Assembly: GCA_026397045.1 (NCBI GenBank)
Contig: JAPLVO010000009.1
Coordinates: forward strand, 1,548 to 65,547
Length of the DNA: 64,000 nucleotides
Direction: 5' to 3'
Source: Patescibacteria group bacterium
GTDB taxonomy: Bacteria; Patescibacteriota; Saccharimonadia; CAILAD01; BJGX01
Shown here one piece after another: positions 20,325 to 29,556 of this stretch. A program made the position numbers and the translations under genes. Positions within the stretch are counted from its first letter, which is position 1. Each line of letters starts with the position of its first letter. The notes under the pieces were generated by a model. That model was not told the origin of the DNA. It did not search any database and was given only the letters and a program-made list of their open reading frames with translations.

Positions 20325-20617
20325 TACTTCTTTTCCTCTCCTGCGACATCAAATACTGAAATCTTCTGACCTTTTTTAATAGTTACATATGCTCTCTTGT
20401 TATCTTTGCGTCTACCCACAACCCCTTTAAATTTCTTTACTTTACCTTTTATTATTGCAATTCTCACCTGAATAACATCAACCTTAAATTGCTCCTTTAC
20501 GGCCTTTGCAACAAGAGGCTTGTTGGCAGAAGGGCTAACATCGAACATATAAGTGCTAGTAGCTGCTAACTGCATACTCTTTTCGCTAATTACTGGCTTA
20601 AGTGTAATAAGTGTCAT
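20324..20617 (-). CDS. rplW: 50S ribosomal protein L23
   Basis: PVISEKS and K.AYVT motifs. Confidence 0.96.
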   Translation of the reverse strand: MTLITLKPVISEKSMQLAATSTYMFDVSPSANKPLVAKAVKEQFKVDVIQVRIAIIKGKVKKFKGVVGRRKDNKRAYVTIKKGQKISVFDVAGEEKK

Positions 20618-21321
20618 TTTGTATCTCCTGAGGTTTTGACCTTGGCTGCAGGCTTAGCTGCTGTGCTTAAGGAAGGCTTTGCCTTACGGCTCGATGCCTT
20701 AGTAGAGCCCAGCCATAATTCTAGCTCTTTTAGGCCATCGGAATCAATCAGTATGGCGTCTGCATCGAGTACTGCGGCAACATTCAATTGCTTTACAGAT
20801 ATAAGTTTTATGCCTGGGATATTGCGGGCCGAAGATATAAACTTGCTATCGAGCTTGGCGGCAGCAATGAGTATTGAGCCTTCTGCTCCAACCTTATCTA
20901 TCATTTCTACTACTTTACTAGTTTTGTAATCGCTAACCCAAAATGACTCAATCACTTTGATATTCTCAACTTTCAGGCTTAAGGCTTGCTTAAGGCTAGA
21001 TCGAATCATGCTCTTAGGCATATTCTTGGAATAGTTTTCGTTACCTGTGGGGCCAAAGGCAACGCCACCATGTCTCCATATCGGATTTCGGCTAGACCCA
21101 AATCTAGCCCTTCCTGTACCCTTTTGCTTCCAGGGTTTGCGACCTCCACCAGAAACCTCGCCACGAGATAGGACCTTGGCGTTATTGGTTCGGATATTAG
21201 CGTAGAATCGGTTGTATGCAATCTTAAGCTGATCTGGGTTTGCTTCCACTCCAAAAATGGCCACAGGAAGGTCCACTTCAGTCTTTTTTACGCCTACCTT
21301 GCTGTAGCTAATTGCCTTCAT
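20614..21321 (-). CDS. rplD: 50S ribosomal protein L4
   Basis: RGEVSGGGRKPWKQKGTGRAR motif. Confidence 0.97.
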   Translation of the reverse strand: MKAISYSKVGVKKTEVDLPVAIFGVEANPDQLKIAYNRFYANIRTNNAKVLSRGEVSGGGRKPWKQKGTGRARFGSSRNPIWRHGGVAFGPTGNENYSKNMPKSMIRSSLKQALSLKVENIKVIESFWVSDYKTSKVVEMIDKVGAEGSILIAAAKLDSKFISSARNIPGIKLISVKQLNVAAVLDADAILIDSDGLKELELWLGSTKASSRKAKPSLSTAAKPAAKVKTSGDTK

Positions 21322-21962
21322 TATTTGATACCCCTAATCATAACAAGACCTCGTCTAGGCCCAGGCACACTGCCTACGATTGCTATCAGGTTCTTTTCTG
21401 CATTTATAATTGCTATCTTTTGATTCTTGATGGTTACCTTTTCATGGCCCATTTGACCGGCCATTTTGGTGCCCTTAAAAACATGCTGAGGATACCCCGA
21501 GCCTATAGACCCAGGGGCGCGGTAGTTATGACTACCGTGAGTCTTCGGTCCGCGGTGAAAATTATGCCGCTTGATGGTGCCGGCGAAACCCTTTCCCTTG
21601 GAGATACCCGAAACCACTACCTTGTCGCCTACCTCGAAGATACCGACTGTCAGCGTATCACCCACCTTAAGTTGACTAGGGGCCTGCTCTACTTCACTTA
21701 CAACACCATCGGGCTGCTCGGTTCGAAATTCTTTTATGGTAGTAGGCCTTGAGCCAGAAGCCTTTACCTGGCCAGCTTGGGTCTTAGATAACTTTTCAGA
21801 TTCCCCAAAGCCAATTTGAACCGCATTATAGCCATCTGATTCGATAGATTTTAGTCTGGTTATGACACAAGGGCCAGCTTCAAGAACAGTTACGCCACTG
21901 CGTACACCGTTTGCATCAAATATTTGCGTCATTCCAACTTTTTTAGCGAGTAATGCTTTCAT
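21321..21962 (-). CDS. rplC: 50S ribosomal protein L3
   Basis: K.GMTQ and SKGKGFAG.IKRHNF; start reassigned to MKALL (21962) behind an AAGGA SD. Confidence 0.96.
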   Translation of the reverse strand: MKALLAKKVGMTQIFDANGVRSGVTVLEAGPCVITRLKSIESDGYNAVQIGFGESEKLSKTQAGQVKASGSRPTTIKEFRTEQPDGVVSEVEQAPSQLKVGDTLTVGIFEVGDKVVVSGISKGKGFAGTIKRHNFHRGPKTHGSHNYRAPGSIGSGYPQHVFKGTKMAGQMGHEKVTIKNQKIAIINAEKNLIAIVGSVPGPRRGLVMIRGIK

Positions 21963-22124
21963 AATTCCTTGGCTATTAAATAATAAAACCTGAGTAAACA
22001 GGCTGGTTTCCTTAGGCTTTTTAGCCGTCAAGACCTTGTCGCTTCTCAGTACTCTTAACTACTAGAACTGTTTGATAGTTAAAACTCAGGTGTCATTGTA
22101 TCAGATAGGGGCCAGGTATGTCAA
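21963..22124 (-). promoter_or_regulatory. rplC promoter and structured 5' leader
   Basis: TTGACA (22119-24)-N18-TACAAT (22095-100); several inverted repeats in the ~125-nt leader. Confidence 0.65.
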
Positions 22125-22128
22125 CTAT

Positions 22129-22157
22129 AAAAGGCACCTCCCAAAAAGGTACCTTTT
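22129..22157 (-). terminator. Intrinsic terminator after the DUF4870 gene
   Basis: Inverted repeat aaaaggcacct/aggtacctttt; its single mismatch is a G-U pair on the minus strand. Confidence 0.65.
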
Positions 22158-22194
22158 ACGATTCTACTAACTAGAATAGGCTGCCCGAAATTAT

Positions 22195-22512
22195 CTACTT
22201 GATGAGCTTGATTCCGCCGATTAGTGGCAGTGGCTTCATTTCGTTATTGACGACATTTATAATACCCATAATCGCCAGTACCAGTATTAGTAAACCTACA
22301 GCCGGTGCAGCCACCCATCCCAGAAAAGGAATTACCCATAAAATATTGGTTAGTACCATCGCAATGAATAAAACCAAACCTTGGTTGGCGTGGTATTTTA
22401 CAAATTTACTGTTTCCGCCCGCGAATAGAGGAATCACTACAAGGATTCCTACATAAGCTAAGACGCCCATTATTTTGTCATTTTCATTACTTGTTTTTTT
22501 ATCTTCTGGCAT
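22195..22512 (-). CDS. DUF4870/Tic20-like small membrane protein
   Basis: LAY.G.L..IPL, FVKYHANQGLVL and PLPLIG motifs; own promoter TTGCCA-N17-TACAAT (22571-22599). Confidence 0.8.
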   Translation of the reverse strand: MPEDKKTSNENDKIMGVLAYVGILVVIPLFAGGNSKFVKYHANQGLVLFIAMVLTNILWVIPFLGWVAAPAVGLLILVLAIMGIINVVNNEMKPLPLIGGIKLIK

Positions 22513-22611
22513 AATTACCTCCGTTATAAAATTGTTTTATTTATTATTTTTTTAGAATATTACTAAGCTAATTGTAACCCCGCACGGGCGGCTTGGCAAG
22601 CTACAATAAAT

Positions 22612-24255
22612 CTATATATTGATGATACTTCCGCCGAGCTTGTCGCGGAAATAATTGTCGTGGCTTACATAGAGTATTGCCCCGCTATAAGCGAGTAGAG
22701 CGCTCTCTAGCTCCTCAATACTCGGCAGGTCAAGATGATTGGTAGGCTCATCTAGTATCAGCATGTTTGGCTCTGGGGCAAGCATTTTAATAATCTGAAA
22801 TCGGGCCTTTTGTCCTCCAGATAATTGCTTGAGTTTGAGATTAAGATCAGCTCGAGGATCAAATAGATACTGCGCGGCGATTTGCATTATTTTTTCCTGA
22901 TTAACAGGGATACTATTTTCTATATAAACCGACTCTATGGCTTCCGAGAGAGTAGAGTCTAATAGTTTATTATCTATCTCCTGTTCATAATAACCTATTC
23001 TGAGAGCTTTTTCCGGCTCGATAGATCCTTTGAATATTTTTAGCTTAGAGGGCTTACCGTTAGTGATATCAAGAATAAGTTTGATAAGACTGGATTTACC
23101 GGCTCCATTTCTACCTCTTATTTCAGCCCTATCACCGCTATTTAAGCCAAACGAAACTGCCTCAAACAGAGGCTTGCTATAGCCTACACTTAAGTCGTGT
23201 ACTGATAGAAGGTTCATAAAGCCTGAATCCGAACTATCCGTAGTGATAGATATATTCTTGGTCTTGTACTTGTCATAACGATCTGTGACTTTTTTTGACA
23301 TCCCTTCTACGGACTGCTGATCAATCCAGAATGACGGCTTGACCATAACCTTTTGCAGTTCGTCTATTTGGCGCTGAAAGCGTCGAGCCATAGGAATAAA
23401 GGGGTTAGGAGTTTTACTGGAGCCTGCTTTCTTACGATTTGCCTCTTGGAGCTGCTTTTTTAGGTTCTCCATAGTGCTGAGCTGTACTTCATAATTGTTC
23501 ATACCCGCCACTGTAGCTAAACTATTCTGCTTAAGGTATGCATCATAGTTGCCAATAAAAACTACTGCCTGGTTGTCTTTAATCTCGACTATGGTATCAA
23601 CGGTAGCTAGTACATCTCTATCGTGGCTGACCAGCACTACGGCACCTTTGGCAGAACCTAGCCAGGTTATAAATTCAGCTTTTGCAATGTAATCCATGTG
23701 GTTAGTTGGTTCGTCTATAAGGGCCAAATCGACCTTACTCTCAGCGATCTTCACTAGCTCTACAAATCGTTTTTGGCCACCTGACAAATTTTTAATAGAG
23801 GCTCTGGCCATAGTCTCATCTACTTGATATCTAGAAAGAGCCTGTAGCACCCTATCTTCTCCTCTGTAGTAATCTAGCTGCATGAAACGATCAAGAGCGT
23901 CGCTATATTGATCAAGCTGGTCGTTACTTGGTTCAGTAATATCAGGATAAGCATCCATAATCCTTTTACAGCGAAGGTAATCTGGGAGTTCACTTAATAT
24001 GTAATCAACTACTGAAACATCTTCGAGGTGAGAGTGCTCTTGCCTGCTAGTGGCGATAATCAGCCCTTTTTTTCTCCAGACAGTGCCTACGAACTCCTCG
24101 TCCTCACCATTTATTAGCCCTAGAAGGGTTGTTTTACCTACCCCATTTCTGCCTATAATGGCTATTTTCTGGTCAGCCTGCAATGTAAGGCTAAGGTTCT
24201 TAAGAAGTAGCTTGGAGCCGGCTGTTTTTTCCTCGATATCTATATTTATAATCAT
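22612..24255 (-). CDS. ABC-F family ATPase
   Basis: Two ABC domains (GRNGVGKT and GRNGAGKS; LSGGQK x2; DEPTNH x2), no TM segment, helical linker. Confidence 0.93.
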   Translation of the reverse strand: MIINIDIEEKTAGSKLLLKNLSLTLQADQKIAIIGRNGVGKTTLLGLINGEDEEFVGTVWRKKGLIIATSRQEHSHLEDVSVVDYILSELPDYLRCKRIMDAYPDITEPSNDQLDQYSDALDRFMQLDYYRGEDRVLQALSRYQVDETMARASIKNLSGGQKRFVELVKIAESKVDLALIDEPTNHMDYIAKAEFITWLGSAKGAVVLVSHDRDVLATVDTIVEIKDNQAVVFIGNYDAYLKQNSLATVAGMNNYEVQLSTMENLKKQLQEANRKKAGSSKTPNPFIPMARRFQRQIDELQKVMVKPSFWIDQQSVEGMSKKVTDRYDKYKTKNISITTDSSDSGFMNLLSVHDLSVGYSKPLFEAVSFGLNSGDRAEIRGRNGAGKSSLIKLILDITNGKPSKLKIFKGSIEPEKALRIGYYEQEIDNKLLDSTLSEAIESVYIENSIPVNQEKIMQIAAQYLFDPRADLNLKLKQLSGGQKARFQIIKMLAPEPNMLILDEPTNHLDLPSIEELESALLAYSGAILYVSHDNYFRDKLGGSIINI

Positions 24256-24282
24256 GGTTTATCCATTATCCCGATGGCATTA

Positions 24283-24318
24283 AATCAAAAAACCCCTTTG
24301 TTAAGAGGTTTTTTGATT
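24283..24318 (-). terminator. Intrinsic terminator after rpsJ
   Basis: Inverted repeat aatcaaaaaacc/ggttttttgatt. Confidence 0.75.
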
Positions 24319-24332
24319 ATTACTCCGCCAGT

Positions 24333-24653
24333 TTACATCTTTATTTCGATATTAACACCATTGGGTAAGCTGAGGTTAGTTAAGCTATCAATAGTTTTTG
24401 CATTATGGTCATAAATTTCTATTAATCGCTTGTGGGTTCTCATTTCGAATTGTTCGCGAGCATCCTTAAAGACATGTGGGCTTGAAAGTACAGTGTACTT
24501 ATCCTTTTTAGTCGGGAGTGGAATCGGGCCAGCTACGCTAGCGCCAGTACGAATTGCGCTATCGATAATTTGCTTTGCAGACTGGTCGATAATCTTATTA
24601 TCATAGGCTTTTAATTTAATCCTAATTCGTTGCTTTTCTGGTTTTTCTGTCAT
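24333..24653 (-). CDS. rpsJ: 30S ribosomal protein S10
   Basis: [16 protein letters not shown] and [11 protein letters not shown] motifs. Confidence 0.97.
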   Translation of the reverse strand: MTEKPEKQRIRIKLKAYDNKIIDQSAKQIIDSAIRTGASVAGPIPLPTKKDKYTVLSSPHVFKDAREQFEMRTHKRLIEIYDHNAKTIDSLTNLSLPNGVNIEIKM

Positions 24654-24689
24654 GTCTTATAAGGTACTTTCTGCTCTCTTTGGGGGAGA

Positions 24690-25874
24690 TTACTTATTGA
24701 TCTTAGTTACTACACCAGCGCCTACTGTCTTACCGCCTTCACGAATAGCAAACCTTAGGCCATCGTTCATGGCTATCGGGGCAAGCAATTTTACTTTTAC
24801 GCTGATATTATCCCCGGGCATTACCATTTCGGTACCTTCTGGGAGCTCTACCTCGCCTGTTACATCCGTAGTTCGGAAGTAAAACTGTGGCTTATAGCCC
24901 TTGAAAAATGGGGTGTGGCGTCCGCCTTCGTCTTTCTTTAGCACATATATTTCGGCATCAAATTCGGTGTGAGGAGTAACAGAACCCGGCTTTGCAAGTA
25001 CTTGCCCACGCTCAATGTCATCGCGCTCAACGCCTCTTAGCAAGATACCAACATTGTCTCCAGCTTGGCCTTCATCGAGCATCTTTTTAAACATCTCTAC
25101 TCCTGTCACGACAGTTTTGGTGGTATCTTTTATACCTACTATCTCAACTTCTTCATTGATGTTTACTCTTCCCTGCTCGATGCGACCGGTGGCAACTGTG
25201 CCTCGCCCTTTAATCGAGAATACATCTTCGATAGGCATCAAAAATGGCTTGTCTAGTTCTCTTACTGGCTCAGGGATATAGTCGTCCATAGCCTTGACTA
25301 ACTCCATTATGGCATCCTCGTTAGCTGAATCACCTTCTAGAGCCTTAAGTGCCGAACCCTTAATTATTGGGGCATCTTTGTCGTATTCATACTTTTCTAG
25401 AAGCTCACGAATTTCCAGCTCCACTAGTTCGGCTAATTCTGGGTCAGCCATATCCATTTTATTCATAAATACTAGTATTTTTGGTACGCCTACCTGTCGG
25501 GCTAATAGTACATGCTCTCTTGTTTGAGGCATTGGGCCGTCTGCAGCAGAAACCACTAGAATAGCTCCGTCGATCTGAGCAGCTCCCGTGATCATATTCT
25601 TGATATAATCAGCATGTCCAGGCATGTCTACATGGGCATAGTGACGCTTTTCGGTCTCATACTCTTCATGGGAAGTTGCAATCGTAATGCCTCGCTCCCG
25701 CTCTTCTGGAGCATTGTCGATTGTTGCATAATCGACTGGCTGATTAACATCACTGGGCAGCTTTTTCGATAGTACTGTGGTTATTGCTGCTGTTAGGGTA
25801 GTCTTTCCATGATCCACGTGGCCCATAGTGCCGACATTTACATGTGGTTTGTCTCTGTTATATTTCTCTGCCAT
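24690..25874 (-). CDS. tuf: Elongation factor Tu
   Basis: [23 protein letters not shown] and GSAL motifs. Confidence 0.98.
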   Translation of the reverse strand: MAEKYNRDKPHVNVGTMGHVDHGKTTLTAAITTVLSKKLPSDVNQPVDYATIDNAPEERERGITIATSHEEYETEKRHYAHVDMPGHADYIKNMITGAAQIDGAILVVSAADGPMPQTREHVLLARQVGVPKILVFMNKMDMADPELAELVELEIRELLEKYEYDKDAPIIKGSALKALEGDSANEDAIMELVKAMDDYIPEPVRELDKPFLMPIEDVFSIKGRGTVATGRIEQGRVNINEEVEIVGIKDTTKTVVTGVEMFKKMLDEGQAGDNVGILLRGVERDDIERGQVLAKPGSVTPHTEFDAEIYVLKKDEGGRHTPFFKGYKPQFYFRTTDVTGEVELPEGTEMVMPGDNISVKVKLLAPIAMNDGLRFAIREGGKTVGAGVVTKINK

Positions 25875-25956
25875 TGATACTCCTCGTTAATATATTAATT
25901 GCTTGATTGTTTGGTTTTTTGACAATAAGAAAATTGCCATATTGTTTGACCCCTTT

Positions 25957-25985
25957 ATTATAGGGAGAAAAAGCCTTTTTGTAAA
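25957..25985 (-). promoter_or_regulatory. Internal promoter for tuf-rpsJ
   Basis: TTTACA-N17-TATAAT. Confidence 0.7.
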
Positions 25986-26026
25986 GAGTTAATTTATAGT
26001 TTTAGTAAGGCTTATATTTGGCCAGA

Positions 26027-28144
26027 CTAGCTGCGGCTCTCGCCAGCTTCCCTGGAAGCGGTGTATTTGCCCTTTAGCTCTTCGGCTACATGGTTAGGAA
26101 CCTCAGCGTAATGATCGAACTCCATTGCATAAGAGGCTCGACCCTGGGTCATGCTTCTTAAGCTAGTAGCATACCCAAACATCTCCGCTAGCGGCACAAA
26201 AGACCTGATAACCTTTGCCCCACTACGATCTTCCATAGTATCAACTCGGCCACGCTTCGAATTAATATCCCCTATAACATCCCCCATGAATTCATCCGGG
26301 GTAGTAACTTCAACACGCATAGTTGGCTCCATGATTACTGGGTCGGCCTTCTTAACTCCTTCTTGAAGGGCCATAGATGCAGCTATTTTGAAGGCTATTT
26401 CTGATGAATCTACATCATGGTAACTCCCATCGTATAGCTTGCAGTGCAAATCAACTACAGGGTACCCGGCAATAACTCCATTACGCATTGCTTCCTTAAC
26501 ACCAGCCTCTACAGGGGCAATATACTCTCGAGGCACAGCCCCGCCGACAATAGCATTCTCAAATTCAAATGTCTGAGATTTATCGCTATCCTCGGTGTGT
26601 ACTAGTGGGCTTAGCTCGAGGTAGACATGGCCGTATTGGCCTCTACCGCCAGATTGACGGATAAATTTATGCTCTATCTGAGTTGTGCCTTTAATAGTCT
26701 CCCTAAAAGCAACCTGGGGTCGTCCAACATTTGCCTCTACCTTAAATTCGCGCTTCATTCTATCCACCAATACCTCTAAGTGCAGTTCGCCCATTCCGGC
26801 TATAATAGTCTGCCCAGAATCTTCATCGGTACTGACTCTAAAGGTAGGATCTTCTTCGGCGAGACGGCTCAGCGCTATGCCCATCTTCTCCTGGTCGGCT
26901 TTAGTTTTAGGTTCGATAGCAATATTAATTACTGGGGCTGGGAAATCAATTGATTCAAGAAGTACTTGGGCCGACTCATCGCAAAGTGTGTTACCAGTTA
27001 CGGTGTTCTTAAGGCCAACTGCAGCGGCTATATCCCCTGCGTGAACCTCCGAGACCTCTTCTCTATTATTGGCGTGCATACGGACAATTCGCCCGATACG
27101 CTCTTTTTCGCCTGTACTAACATTATAAATGTAGCTACCTGATTTGAGTACTCCAGTATAAACTCTAAAGAAACAAAGCTTCCCGACAAATGGATCAGTC
27201 GCTATTTTAAATGCCAAGCCAGCAAAAGGAGCCTCATCGCTCACTTCCAGGAGTCTTTCCTCACCAGTTTTATTATCTACTGCAAGAGGCGCAGTGACAT
27301 CTAGGGGGCTGGGGAGATAATCTACAATTAAATCAAGCAGCTTTTCGACGATTACACCGCGTCCATCGCCACCAGCCACCAAGAAAAAGTCTCCCCTAAG
27401 GACAGACTTTCGAATTACTTGTTTGATCTCTACTTCGGTAAGCTCGGTGCCGTCAAGATATTTCTCCATAATTGTATCATCAGCCTCTACGGCTGCTTCA
27501 ATAAGGTGGCGTCTATAATTTCTGGCTTTCTCCATCATGTCGTCAGGTATCTCAACTTCTTTGAGTTCCTTATCGGTATAATCTGAGTATTGGTAGGCCT
27601 TCATCTCGATAACATCTACGATTCCATTGATTTCCTGCTCAAAGCCAATAGGCAAATGAACCGGATATGCGTGCTTGCTAAGTCGCTCGTGAATAGACTC
27701 TAAGCTCTTGTAAAAATCGCCGCCAGTTTGGTTAATCTTATTTATAAAGCAAATCCTAGGGACTCCATATTTATCAGCCTGCCGCCATACGGTTTCGGAC
27801 TGAGGTTCGACGCCCATTTTGCCATCAAACATCACACAAGCTCCATCAAGAACCCTGAGTGATCTTTCGACCTCTACTGTGAAGTCGATGTGTCCAGGGG
27901 TGTCGATGATATTAATTCGTTTGTCCTTCCAGAAGCAAGTTGTGGCCGCCGAAGTAATAGTTATGCCGCGCTCACGCTCTTGTTCCATCCAGTCCATAGT
28001 AGCCTCACCTTGGTGAACTTCACCAATCTTGTGGACAACTCCAGTCCGGTATAGTATTCCTTCGGTTACGGTTGTCTTGCCTGCATCAATGTGGGCGATA
28101 GTCCCGACATTTCGGGTATTTTCTAATGTAAATTCTCGAGCCAT
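26027..28144 (-). CDS. fusA: Elongation factor G
   Basis: [26 protein letters not shown] and [10 protein letters not shown] motifs; str-cluster position. Confidence 0.97.
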   Translation of the reverse strand: MAREFTLENTRNVGTIAHIDAGKTTVTEGILYRTGVVHKIGEVHQGEATMDWMEQERERGITITSAATTCFWKDKRINIIDTPGHIDFTVEVERSLRVLDGACVMFDGKMGVEPQSETVWRQADKYGVPRICFINKINQTGGDFYKSLESIHERLSKHAYPVHLPIGFEQEINGIVDVIEMKAYQYSDYTDKELKEVEIPDDMMEKARNYRRHLIEAAVEADDTIMEKYLDGTELTEVEIKQVIRKSVLRGDFFLVAGGDGRGVIVEKLLDLIVDYLPSPLDVTAPLAVDNKTGEERLLEVSDEAPFAGLAFKIATDPFVGKLCFFRVYTGVLKSGSYIYNVSTGEKERIGRIVRMHANNREEVSEVHAGDIAAAVGLKNTVTGNTLCDESAQVLLESIDFPAPVINIAIEPKTKADQEKMGIALSRLAEEDPTFRVSTDEDSGQTIIAGMGELHLEVLVDRMKREFKVEANVGRPQVAFRETIKGTTQIEHKFIRQSGGRGQYGHVYLELSPLVHTEDSDKSQTFEFENAIVGGAVPREYIAPVEAGVKEAMRNGVIAGYPVVDLHCKLYDGSYHDVDSSEIAFKIAASMALQEGVKKADPVIMEPTMRVEVTTPDEFMGDVIGDINSKRGRVDTMEDRSGAKVIRSFVPLAEMFGYATSLRSMTQGRASYAMEFDHYAEVPNHVAEELKGKYTASREAGESRS

Positions 28145-28210
28145 GGGAATAAAATTATCCTTTCTTTACCCTAATTAAATAATGCCGAATATTCGGCATA
28201 ATCGGATATT

Positions 28211-28239
28211 ATCTTAACCTATATAGCCGACATTAACAA
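28211..28239 (-). promoter_or_regulatory. Putative fusA promoter
   Basis: TTGTTA-N17-TAAGAT, followed by an 18-bp palindrome at 28182-28199. Confidence 0.5.
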
Positions 28240-28521
28240 GGATATTATGGTGTAACAATTTGCCAACAACATTTTAGGGCACAAAAAATATCTAAGGGTA
28301 TTCCGCCACAAGCTTGCCAGCAAAGCAACTGGCATATAGAGTGTATAGTAACAGTTTTAGATATATTACAAAAAGTGAGTCAGGAGGGTAACTCATTTTT
28401 TGCCAAGGTGGCAGAAGTCGAATATTCTGGTTGATACAGACGACGCTCTGGCTCAAATACAGAGCCTCAATCTTTCGTACATGGCAAATACCTCGGCAAG
28501 CAATGTAAATTTGCCCAATTA

Positions 28522-28566
28522 ATAATAAATACCCCGGGCAGAGTTATAAAGCGGGGTATCTATTAT
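28522..28566. terminator. Hairpin after rpsG, possibly bidirectional terminator
   Basis: ataccccg/cggggtat stem with AT-rich flanks. Confidence 0.6.
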
Positions 28567-28609
28567 CCTATTTTGGTCAGAGCGCTTGAGCTGGAACTAA
28601 AAGACTTAG

Positions 28610-29086
28610 CTAGTACCTTGCGAAGTGAGCAAAGGCTTTGTTTGCTTCAGCCATCTGGTGAGTATCTTGCTTCTTCTTAACTGCATCACCTTCGTTGTTA
28701 TAGGCCGCGACTAGTTCTGTGGCTAGTTTCTTATCAAAACTACTTCCTTTTTTCTTTCGGGCTGAATCTAGCATCCAGACCATTGCATAATGAACTTTGC
28801 GATCTCCCTTAACTTCGATAGGGACTTGATAGTTTGCTCCACCAATACGCTTAGATTTAACCTGCACTTGGGGGCTGACATTTTTGATTGCACCTTCGAA
28901 CACTTCTAAGGGGTCTTTTTTGGTCTTTGCAGCTGCCTGGCTGATAGCTCCATAGACAAGATTCTCGGCTAACCTCTTTTTACCATCTAGCATGACCTTA
29001 TTGATCATCTTGGTAACTAGAACGCTATTATACACGCGGTCTGCTGGTAGTATTCTCTTGAGTGATTTTGTGACTTTTCTTGGCAT
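28610..29086 (-). CDS. rpsG: 30S ribosomal protein S7
   Basis: RIGGANYQVP and MAEANKAFAH motifs. Confidence 0.97.
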   Translation of the reverse strand: MPRKVTKSLKRILPADRVYNSVLVTKMINKVMLDGKKRLAENLVYGAISQAAAKTKKDPLEVFEGAIKNVSPQVQVKSKRIGGANYQVPIEVKGDRKVHYAMVWMLDSARKKKGSSFDKKLATELVAAYNNEGDAVKKKQDTHQMAEANKAFAHFARY

Positions 29087-29089
29087 AAC

Positions 29090-29515
29090 TTAATCCTTCT
29101 TGCTTCCGCTGGCCTTTTTAGTGCCATATTTACTTCGGCCTTGCTTGCGATCGCTGACACCACCTGTGTCTAAATGTCCTCGAACTATATGATAGCGAAC
29201 ACCACCAAGATCCTTAACCCGTCCTCCCCTAACCAAAACTACGGAATGCTCCTGAAGATTGTGACCTTCACCTGGTATGTAGGCAGTGACTTCCATTCCG
29301 TTAGTGAGCCTTACTCGAGCAACCTTACGCAGGGCGGAGTTTGGCTTACGAGGTGTTTGAGTATAAACCTTAACACAGACGCCCCGCTTGAAGGGTGAGT
29401 TATTCAATGCTGACTGATTTTTAAGAGCGTTAAAGGTCCGGCCCAAGGCTGGAGATTTAGTCTTGGTTGTTTTGCGCGAACGCGGTTTTCTAATGAGTTG
29501 ATTGATTGTAGGCAT
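29090..29515 (-). CDS. rpsL: 30S ribosomal protein S12
   Basis: [15 protein letters not shown] and GGRVKDL motifs. Confidence 0.97.
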   Translation of the reverse strand: MPTINQLIRKPRSRKTTKTKSPALGRTFNALKNQSALNNSPFKRGVCVKVYTQTPRKPNSALRKVARVRLTNGMEVTAYIPGEGHNLQEHSVVLVRGGRVKDLGGVRYHIVRGHLDTGGVSDRKQGRSKYGTKKASGSKKD

Positions 29516-29556
29516 AATTTGTAACTTCAATACTTTAACAGATAAGAATTACCTGG

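Noticed and set aside
22000-22060. CUGAGA and GAAAC in the rplC leader suggesting a TPP riboswitch or hammerhead ribozyme
   Set aside because: The remaining TPP core is missing, and CUGAGAA does not fit the hammerhead CUGANGA core.
28182-28199. fusA palindrome as a Gram-positive LexA box
   Set aside because: CGAA-TA-TTCG spacing does not match CGAAC-N4-GTTCG.
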